Origin: Salpingoeca rosetta
Lineage: Eukaryota > Protista > Choanoflagellata
Direction: 5' to 3'
DNA length: 64,000 bases
Assembly (NCBI GenBank): GCA_033442325.1
Contig: JAWQFM010000007.1
Coordinates: forward strand, 1,334,351 to 1,398,350
Both the position numbers and the translations under genes were made by a program. Under the pieces are notes generated by a model. The model searched no databases, was not told the origin of the DNA, and worked only from the letters and a program-made list of their open reading frames with translations. Positions 39,909 to 52,400 of this stretch are shown here, one piece after another. Each line of letters begins with the position of its first letter. Position 1 is the stretch's first letter.

Positions 39909-40175
39909 GCACAACCACAACATGTGTGAACGCAGGAGGCTGCGATTGCGGAGGTGTTTGTGGCGCGCACGCGCGAGTTGCGGCGCATGATTGCGGGGTC
40001 ACTGCCGTTGAAGCACACGCCTGCGCTTGAGTTCAAACGCAGCATGGTAGACGAGGAGGAGGCACGCCTGGAGGCACTGCTGCGGGAAGGTCTGGGCCGC
40101 CCGCCAAAGCCCGTGCACATTGCCTTGCAAGAGGCGCAGCAGCACGCAGCCAACTTGCGCACGCCAACGTCGTGA
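38217..40175 (+). CDS. RBFA: Mitochondrial ribosome-binding factor A
   Basis: Arg-rich presequence. Exons 38217-39341, 39550-39633 and 39936-40175 give RYRRVTDAIGTAIEAAI..ITIYD|VHVKRSFRKATVYWT..|..ELRRMIAGSLPLKHTPALEFKR (RbfA signature). Confidence 0.82.
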
Positions 40176-40519
40176 GGAGATCACACGCACTGTGCGTTAG
40201 TGTTGTACATACCTTGCGCGTGCTTGTGCTTGGGAGTTCATTAGCACCACAGCTCCTCAATCTGTCTCTCTCTCTCTCTCGCTCTCTCACTCACTCTCTC
40301 TCACTCTCTCTCTCTCGCTCTCTCTCTTTGTCTCTCTCTACCTCTGTCACATTACTCGTTGGCCCGCGATGAGCCGGCAGCGCGTCATACACAACAGCCA
40401 ATGTCAGTCAGCATGTCAGCGCACCAATGACGAGCACACGCAACCAGCCAGCAAACAATGGTGGCGCCATTCATTCAAGCACTCCACTGAACTTTTGCAC
40501 ACACGCGCTTTCAACAACG

Positions 40520-41644
40520 ATGATGACGAGGGCGACTGTTTTGTTGGTGGCCGTGGTTGTGGTCGTTGGGTGGATGGGGGATGTGGTTGAGGCGGCCTCC
40601 CAGACGGACCTCGCTGGCGCGCAGGGCAACGCATGGACGGCGTGCACGCACCTGCGCGTGTATGGGCTCAACTTTGACCAAGGCCTGGCACGGTTCCTGG
40701 CATACTCCAATCCCCAGGTCAAGTCTGTGCTTGAGTTTGGCTGTGGGTTGGGCTTGTACCTGGACTACGTCTGCCGTCGGAGCAACGCCACAAAGGTCAT
40801 TGGCATCGAGCCGGAGGCCATGACCTTTGAGAACTCTGTGTTCTCGCGCGTCAACGACACGTCCTTGTGCCCGGCGCAGGCGGCCGTGAATGTGCTCCAC
40901 GCGTCCGAAGCTGAGCTGGCTGCGCTTGGGCTCATGAGCAAGTTTGACCTCGTGTACTCCATCGAAGTGCTGGAGCACATCCCGCGAGAGTTTCACGACA
41001 AGATGGCAGACTTCCTCGTTTCCAGGTAGGTGTGTGTGTGTTGTGTGTGTTGTGTGTAAGCGTGCGTTGTGTGTGTGTGTGTGTGTTGTGTGTGTGTGTG
41101 TGTGTTGTGTGTGTGTGTGTGTGTGCGTGCGTGTGTGTGTGTGTGTGTGTGCGTGTCTGCGTGTCACTGTATGCGTGTGCGCGGCCGATCAACACCAAAG
41201 CACGCTTGCCCTTGTATGCACGCTTGCCCTTATATGCACGTCTGGTTTGCACTTATGATGCTCGCGCATGATGCTCACAAACAAAACGATGCTTGCATGC
41301 GCAGGGTGGACAAGCTGTTGGTGTTCTCCGCTGCCCGACCAAACCAGGAAGGCTGGGGCCACATTGCCGAGCGCCCGACAGAGGAGTGGATCGAGGAGTT
41401 CACGTCGAGGGGGCTCGTGTACCTGTGGCGCGTGACGGAGCTTGTGCGCCGCGTGTGCGACAAGCGCAACGTCAACCACAAGCGCAACATCCTGGTGTTT
41501 GCGCGACCGGGCACGTTCTTCGCCGACGACAACAGCAGCGTCTTCTCCCGCCAAATCCTGCTCTCAAACCCAGATGATCAGCCAGCTGTCATGTGGCCCG
41601 AGCTCCAGGCCATGAGCACAAAGGTCTGCGGTGCCCCCGCATGA
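40520..41644 (+). CDS. Class I SAM-dependent methyltransferase with N-terminal signal peptide/anchor
   Basis: Motif I VLEFGCGLG, VIGIEP, FDLVYSIEVLEHIP, then VFSAARPNQEGWGHIAERPTEEWIEEF. Exon 1 40520-41025, exon 2 41305-41644. Hydrophobic N-terminus ATVLLVAVVVVVGWMGDVVEA. Confidence 0.85.
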
Positions 41645-41763
41645 GGTGGCTGTGTGCGTGTTGTCAACGCTTTGCTTCTTGGTATTGTTACATGACGTCG
41701 TATCACATACATGCATGACCTTCGTATCTCCACTTCCTGTACCCAAGGCCTCTTCAGCCCACT

Positions 41764-41808
<45 letters not shown>

Positions 41809-42249
41809 CTTATTCCTCTCGCCCTTTGTGTACACACGACCATCTTTGGGTAAGTGTTGCTGGTACCGTAAATGGTGGTGCACAACACAGAGCAAGAGCC
41901 AATCCCCCAGGGCATTGGAACCACATTAGCCACAGCGTGGGGGAGGGCGAGACAAACAGCAAGGAGCGGAGGGGAAGAGGAGACAAGACAAGTACCAAAG
42001 ACCAACAGCAAACGCATGCACACACAGACACGCACATGCTCATGCGAACGAGCTGCGCCTGACCGTGTCACTCACGCCACATTCACGCACGTTTACACCA
42101 CACAAAACAACTAGCCGTTTGAGCGGCACTAATCATATCACACAACATTGAGACAACAGACGTGGGACGAGAGGTTTTGGGTGGACGTGCAGCGTACAGC
42201 ATCACGAAAAGGAACAAAGACTGCGAAGCGTATGAGGGACAGAGTGAGT

Positions 42250-42344
42250 CTAGTCCCACTTGCCGGCCTCAATCTCGTCCTGGAAGCGGCGCTTCCATTC
42301 GGGCTTGGTGGCAAGAACCTCATCAACCTACCATGTGTGCGTAT

Positions 42345-42395
<51 letters not shown>

Positions 42396-43928
42396 GTTGT
42401 TGTTTGGGGAGGGGCAGCATGGTGGGTGAGCATTGTGGCGGATCTGATGTTGTGGTCGCACGTCATAACGCGAGGTACATGCAAAGATGACATCATCAAC
42501 ACCGGCACTGCCGCTGTCTCTGCGCACACACGCACGGCCACACACGGACACATAACACACAAACACACACACACACATAACACACGCAAACACACATAAC
42601 ACGCACCGTGACTTGGTCGAGGGGCTTCTCGGCCTTGAGGGCAGCCAGCTGCTGCTCAAGCTCAGCAATCTTCTGCTCGGCAGCCTTGGCAACCTCCTTG
42701 GAACGAGCAATCTGTATTCATTCGTAGACCGTGGGTGGAAGTTGGCTGGGGTGAGCATGACGGCCGCCCAGCACCACCCATATGTGTTGTTCCAATGACA
42801 CACACGCACACGCACACACACACACGCACACACGCACACACACACACACCAGCAAACGTCCGCCTCACTGACTCAACGCAACCCCCCGCACCCCAGGTTA
42901 ACGCACGCACCGCAGCCTTCTCGTCAGCGGCAATGGTGGCACTCGACGAGTCTTCCGGGTATGTGAACTTCAGGGACTCATACTGTCAATGGTGGAGGTG
43001 TTGTGTCCCAAAGTGAATCAGCAGAGCAAAAGGGACAAGGGCGGCGCTGATGGGTGGGTGGATATGGATGGATGCACAAGGCATAATTGAAGAGGCAGCC
43101 CGTAATGCATGCGTGCGTGATGTGATGTTGTGGGTGAGCGAGCCCACCTGCTTGCGGAGGTCCTTGACGTAGTTGGGGTATGTGATGAGGTTGTTGTACT
43201 TCTCCCAGTCGACGGCTGGAGGCTGCTCAGGCACACGCGCCAGACTGTGTTCAGCCAGCAAGTCGGCAAGAGCGAGCGCATGCACGCGTGAAGGGGCAGT
43301 GCGTTGGGGAACACGAAGCCAGGTCAAATACAAAAGCCGAGAGACAGTGTGTATGTGTGTGTGCATGTGTGTGTGTGCATGTGCATGTATGTGTGTGCAT
43401 GTGCGTGCGTGCGTGTGTGTGCGTGTCATTCCTCTTCAACGGGTGTCATTCCTCTTCACATCCACTCACAATGACCCGCACTCATACGCTTACCCGGCCT
43501 TGACGTTGGTGTACTTCTCCTGGATGAGGTTGACCTCGGGAGCGTTGAAGGCAGGCAGTCGCGCCGCAATCTGCGACCACTGGATGACCTTCTTGCCAAC
43601 TTGCCTGCACCGACAACCAACAGCGCAAGCGTTGCAACGCCAAAGAAAGACATAAGAGACAGTGCACTGGAAACGCACGCAACCAACGCGGGGAGGGAGC
43701 ACCACACAGCCACAGACACACACAACGATACACACACAGCCAGACACAGACACAGACACAGACACAGACACAGACAACACACAGACACACACAGACACAC
43801 ACACACAGACACAGACACAGACACACGCACACAGACACACACACACACAGCCACACACACACGGATACGAGGTGCTTCCCAGCGCATCATCATCTCATCG
43901 CTTCTTGCTTGTCTTGCCTGTTTGCCAT
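42250..43928 (-). CDS. ATP5PD: Mitochondrial ATP synthase subunit d
   Basis: Exons MANR|QVGKKVIQWSQIAARLP..KYTNVKAG|LARVPEQPPAVDWEKYNNLI..VKDLRKQ|YESLKFTYPED..|IARSKE..IAELEQQLAALKAEKPLDQVT|VDEVLATKPEWKRRFQDEIEAGKWD*. Confidence 0.9.
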
Positions 43929-44290
43929 CTTGAGCAGGTGTTGTTGCACTGAGGAGACAAAAAGCAAAATTGTAGGTTTCGTGCTATCCACCACACCACA
44001 CCACCGTTTTTTGTCCTGTCGTGAAACCACTGCACTGCCGCCACTCGATTTGTTTGCTTTTTCCCTTCTTCCACCTTTGCCCCTTCTTCCCCGCTCTCTT
44101 GTTGTGCCGCGAATGACAATGGTGACGTGTGATGTTGTGATAGTCGTTACAGGGAGCGAGGCAGACAGCCCAAGCAGGCTACGCGAGAGCACAAGCGAAG
44201 AAGAAAGGGGAAAAATGGCTGGCGAGAGGAGAAGAGAGACGGGGGACAACAGGCAAGCCAAGGAAACGGCCCCAACAATGGTTTGGTTGC

Positions 44291-46813
<2,523 letters not shown>

Positions 46814-47135
46814 CTTGTCGCTCTGCTCGTGGTTTGGCTATCTACGACTATCTGACACGCGCGAACACATGTGAGAGAATGCGAGTGAATGCTGTGGTGA
46901 TGTGAGAGAGCTTCATCACAGACAGCACATCACAGATCGCAAAAGCCAGCACAAGCACACGCTCCGCTCCACCTCATGCCACCAGCCGCTCGCACCTTTT
47001 GTGTGGGAAGATTGCAACACAGCACTACTGGCTGCTGGGACGAAAAAGGCACAAGCGGCGGCACTTTTTTGACGCAAGCCGTTTGTTGGAACGCAATTTT
47101 GACTTTGGGAAGAGAGGCGAAAGGCAAAGTTGACG

Positions 47136-48984
47136 ATGGCAGTCCTGTCTTGGCTGGTGTTGTTTGGTTGCGGCTATGTGACGGCGGCAGTGCTGTACCT
47201 CCTGCACATGGAGCACAGCGTGCTCATCATCCGGCCAACCATCTCCACAAAGTGTGTATGTGAGTGTGTGTATATGTGAGTGAGTGTGTATGTGAGTGTG
47301 TGTGTATGTGTGTGTGTGTGTGTATGTGTGTGTGTATGTGAGAGTGTGTGTGAGTAAGCGTGTGAGTGTGTGTGAGCGTGTGGGTGTGTATGTGAGTGAA
47401 AGTGTATGTGAGTGTGAGTGAAATGATGTGATTGCATGAAAATGCAATCATGGTCACATTGCGTTGCTGCTCACTTGCCCACTTGCTCACTTGCTCACTT
47501 GCTCACTTGCTCACTTGCTTGCTTCCTTGATCACTTGCTCACTTTCTCGCTCGTTGTTGCTTGATGGTGTGTGAAAGTGCACTGTTTGTTGCAGCTGGAC
47601 TGACCACGTTGTTCATCGGACTTCTCTTCCCTGCTGTCGACAAGTTCTTCAACAACAAGCCCCGGCCACAAGTACGCACACACGCACACACACACGCACA
47701 CACACGCACACACGCGCACACACACGCGCACGCACACACACACACACACACACAGAACGTTCGCGCGCCTCACTGTCATGCCGTTGCGTCAGCAACCCAA
47801 CTCAACCAAACTTGGTGTTCCCCCTCACACACACACACATACACGCAGGCATGGTCGCTGGTGTTGCGGTCCATTCTCGCCTTGATTGGCGTGGCAATCG
47901 CGGCAGTGGTGAGTTGTTCAGTGGCTTTTGTCTTCTCCCACCTCACGAAGCACATCACAGCCGTGCGGCAAACCATAAGCCGCGTCCCCCTCTTGACCGT
48001 TTCCTCGTCCCTCACATGCCGTCTTGGTGCCTGTGCGCCTCTCACGCGTGTTTGTCCCACAACACGTTCTCGTACCACCCGTTCAGCGGTTCCCATCGCA
48101 GCGCAGCCACGAGCTCAACATCTCTCTCCTCATCATGGCGGTACGTGCATGTGAACGAGGGATGGGACGCCGTACACGTGCGACTTTATTGTGATGTTGC
48201 AGAGTGTTGAAGTTTCTCCTTTCGTTTCAGCCGCCGACTGCATCTGTGCGTGTTCTGCCTGTCGCCTTTCCTCCACTCATCACCTTGTGTTTGTCATATT
48301 CTTCTCTTCACTCTCCCCTCCCCCATGTCCACCTACCCCCTTTGTTTCCCCTTTTACTCCTTGCTTCTCCCTCTCACAACGGTTTCCAGTCATCCATGTG
48401 GTGGCTTGTCGACGGCACGGCCGTTGGCCTGGGCACTGCCGTGGCTGTCACCAGCTTCGGCATCACTGCGTCCCAGTACCTCAGCTACCTAGGCGTACTG
48501 GAGTGAGTCGTGTTGTGCACATGTTGTGCATGTGTTGAGCACGTGTATGCTTGTATTCATGTGTGTGTGTGGTGTACGAGCGCGTGTATGTGTTGCGCTG
48601 CTGCTGTTGCTGCTGTTGTTGTACGGTGTGCTGTGCACCTCAAAGGGCATCGTCTCTGTCTCTCTACATCCCTCTCCCTGTATCTGATCTTTCTGTGATT
48701 TCTGACCGTGTTGCTTCATGTCTTTCGTGTCCCTCACCCATGGAAACACACACACACTCTCTCTCACTCACACACACACACACTCACACTCACACACACT
48801 CACTCACACACATACACTCACTCACACACACACACACACACACATACAAATACTCAATCACTCACCAACACAAACCAGGTGGGCACAGCCGGACTTCTTC
48901 TACGTGCAAGCCACCCTGATCCCCATCTTGTTCCTAGCCACCATGTCCTTTGGCCTCCTTGGTCGACAGCTCGCACGAAGATGA
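47136..48984 (+). CDS. INSIG: Insulin-induced gene (INSIG) homologue
   Basis: Exons MAVLSWLVLFGCGYVTAAVLYLLH..|..GLTTLFIGLLFPAVD..|AWSLVLRSILALIGVAIAAV|..|MWWLVDGTAVGLGTAVAV..SQYLSYLGV..|WAQPDFFYVQATLIPILFLATMSFGLLGRQLARR* match the INSIG pattern (GLLYP.ID; W.SV.R; WW.FD....GLG; PDFLY..; G.IGRQLA). Confidence 0.88.
47470..47525. repeat. (ACTTGCTC)n octamer tandem repeat in INSIG intron 1
   Basis: Direct reading of the sequence. Confidence 0.85.
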
Positions 48985-49041
48985 CGCAGCAAGGGTCCCT
49001 GCACAGCACAACACCCCTAAGCAAGACACACACACACACAA

Positions 49042-49096
<55 letters not shown>

Positions 49097-49499
49097 ATCA
49101 CACACACCCGCGCCAGCTGTTGTAGATAATTAAGCAATATCATCACTAAACATTCTACAAAGCAATCCAACAACAGCCAGGAAGACGAAGCACCCCTTCT
49201 TGCTGCTCGTTCTTCTTCTTTGCGTGGCTGGAGGCAACAACTACAAACACTTTTGTTGGGGTGAACATCACATCTCACATCACCGCGTGTGAGCAGGGCT
49301 GGCTCACAGACACTGACTTGGCTTGACTTTGCAAACCAATATCAGTGCAGCACCTTTGAGAAAGAACGCTCAGCACAAAACAACGACGACGACGCCACCA
49401 TCATCGACACCATCACCTCTCCCTGTAGCAACTGATTCAGGGCACGGGCTGCGTGTTGTTCAGTCCCGACCCACAATACAGCGCACACACAAAGCACAG

Positions 49500-52400
49500 T
49501 GGCGGCCGTTGGCCGCTACTGACGGCCTGTGGTGCTTGCTGCTCGCTGCTGCCCTCGTCCTCGCTGCCTGCGCTCCAGGTGACACACCCTACTCAGCATA
49601 CCTGCTTGCCTTTGATTCCTGCACGTGTGTTGGGGTGGGGGCTTCGTGCACACCTACCTTCGCGCACACGCACATCCACACACACACACACACACACACA
49701 CATCCACACAAACGCACACACATACACACGCAAACACACACACAACCACACACACACACACACATACACACACATCCACACAAACGCACACACATCCACA
49801 CGCAAACACACACACAACCACACACACACACACAAACGCACACACATACACACGCAAACACACACACATCCACACACACACACACACATCCACACACACA
49901 CACACATCCACACACACACACTCTCTCTCTCTGCCTCTGTCTCATTTCCACGCACAACCTCACTCATAAACACACTCACTCTACCCTCCTGCTTCCCCTC
50001 TTCATTCTTCTTGCACGTGGTTCTGCGCGACATTCACTTGCTCGCAGCGTCACTGGCAGCAGGACCACTGGCACCATGTACTGAATGCACAGCCGTGGCT
50101 GTGTTCGACTCCGCCGGCGTTACAGGCACCGTCGAGTTCCAACCATGTTGTGGCAACAAGTTTCTCGTGGATGCGCGTCTGTCCGGCCTCCCCGCCAACG
50201 ACTCGTACACTCTGATGCTCCACGCGCGCCCTGCCATTCACACGTGCGACATCATCCGCCTCGGGCTCCCGTATGGCGCTGCCCCAAACAAGCAGCAGAC
50301 ATCCGTCCACGACTGGATGCAGTATGAAGCAGCCTGTGCCCGTGACGAGAACCTCTGTGCGGTGGGAGACCTGACTGGCAGCGCGGGCGGCGCATTTGAT
50401 GCGTCGCAGTGCACGTCCGGTTCGTGCTTCTCAACCTTGGTGGACCAGGCTGACCTGCCCCTCCAAGGACCCGCAGCCATCGTGCACCTCGCCCTAACGG
50501 TGCGCTCCACATCTCTCCAGGCAGACGGCATCACGCCCAGCACCATCGCATGCGCCCATGTGCAGGCTGTCGCCGGCCAGCCCCCAAGGCTCGCCACGCA
50601 CGACGTGCTGGAGGCTCGTTTCCGCGACTCGCCGTTCATCCTCGGATACATGCGCATGTGGCAGCCATCCAACCACTCCAACCAGGCCACCGCCGTGTTT
50701 CTGGAATACAGGTACCTCAACTCGCTGCAAGGCAGAAGCGAGGGCCACTCGTTCACATCCACGCCAACCCAACAGGCGCAGACGCCGCAAGCGAAACGAC
50801 GGTTTTCGGATCATGGACAACAGCACACATCCACACAAACGCACACACATACACACGCAAACACACACACACACATCCACACACACACTCTCTCTGCCTC
50901 TGTCTCATTTCCACGCACAACCTCACTCATAAACACACTCACTCCACCCTCCTGCTTCCCCTGTTCATTCTTCTTGCACGTGGTTCTGCGCGACATCCAC
51001 TTGCTCGCAGCGTCACTGGCAGCAGGACCACCGGCACCATGCACTGAATGCACAGCCGTGGCTGTGTTCGACTCCGTCGGCGTTACAGGCACCGTCGAGT
51101 TCCAACCATGTTGTGGCAACAAGTTTCTCGTGGATGCGCGTCTGTCCGGCCTCCCCGCCAACGACTCGTACACTCTGATGCTCCACGCGCGCCCTGCCAT
51201 TCACACGTGCGACATCATCCGCCTCGGGCTCCCGTATGGCGCTGCCCCAAACAAGCAGCAGACATCCGTCCACGACTGGATGCAGTATGAAGCAGCCTGT
51301 GCCCGTGACGAGAACCTCTGTGCGGTGGGAGACCTGACTGGCAGCGCGGGCGGCGCATTTGATGCGTCGCAGTGCACGTCCGGTTCGTGCTTCTCAACCT
51401 TGGTGGACCAGGCTGACCTGCCCCTCCAAGGACCCGCAGCCATCGTGCACCTCGCCCTAACGGTGCGCTCCACATCTCTCCAGGCAGACGGCATCACGCC
51501 CAGCACCATCGCATGCGCCCATGTGCAGGCTGTCGCCGGCCAGCCCCCAAGGCTCGCCACGCACGACGTGCTGGAGGCTCGTTTCCGCGACTCGCCGTTC
51601 ATCCTCGGATACATGCGCATGTGGCAGCCATCCAACCACTCCAACCAGGCCACCGCCGTGTTTCTGGAATACAGGTACCTCAACTCGCTGCAAGGCAGAA
51701 GCGAGGGCCACTCGTTCACCATCCACGCCAACCCAACAGGCGCAGACGCCGCAAGCGAAACGCGCCGCTGTCGCTCTGCGGGCTCCCTCTTCGACCCTTT
51801 CAACATCATCAACACAGCAGTGTGCACGGCAGAGTCCACCACCGCGCAGTGCCCCGTCGGTGCGCTGTCTGCGCGCCACGCCCCCCTCAACATTGCCAGC
51901 AACTGGTCAAGCGTGTTTGTCGTGGACGCCGCCCTGCCGCTCACAGGCGCAGCCAGCGTGCAGCAGCGCTCTCTCGTCATCAACGAGCTCGCTGACGTTG
52001 GCCGCCTCGCATGTGCGACGCTGGTGGCGCCAGAAGTGCGCACCGTCACGGCACACTTCTACGGCGACGTTGCTGGCTCGATCGCATTTTCCCAGGCCAG
52101 CACAGACATGCACGCCACCATCACCGTCAGCCTGCACACCGCCACCAACGACACGCATCTGTTTGTGCGCGTGCACGAGCTGCCACTGTTACAGGGCGTG
52201 AGCAGCAGCGATGAGGGCGTGTGCAACACGACGGGACGCGTGTACAACCCCGACAGCTTGCCTGCATGCACGGCTGCCACAGCCAGTGCGGACGGGTGTG
52301 CCCCTGGCGACATTGGCGGCCGGTGGGGTGTGGTGAACGTGACAGCGACAGGCACCAGCAGCAGCAGCAGCAGCAGCAATGATGGCGGAGTGCTTGTTGA

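Noticed and set aside
41198-41240. 18-bp tandem repeat in the methyltransferase intron (also 15-bp repeats at ~63845-63880)
   Set aside because: Short local slippage duplications with no evidence of function.
49920-51762. Long direct repeats as LTRs of a mobile element
   Set aside because: The copies are adjacent and consist of host intron plus coding exon; no internal gag/pol, TIRs or target-site duplication.
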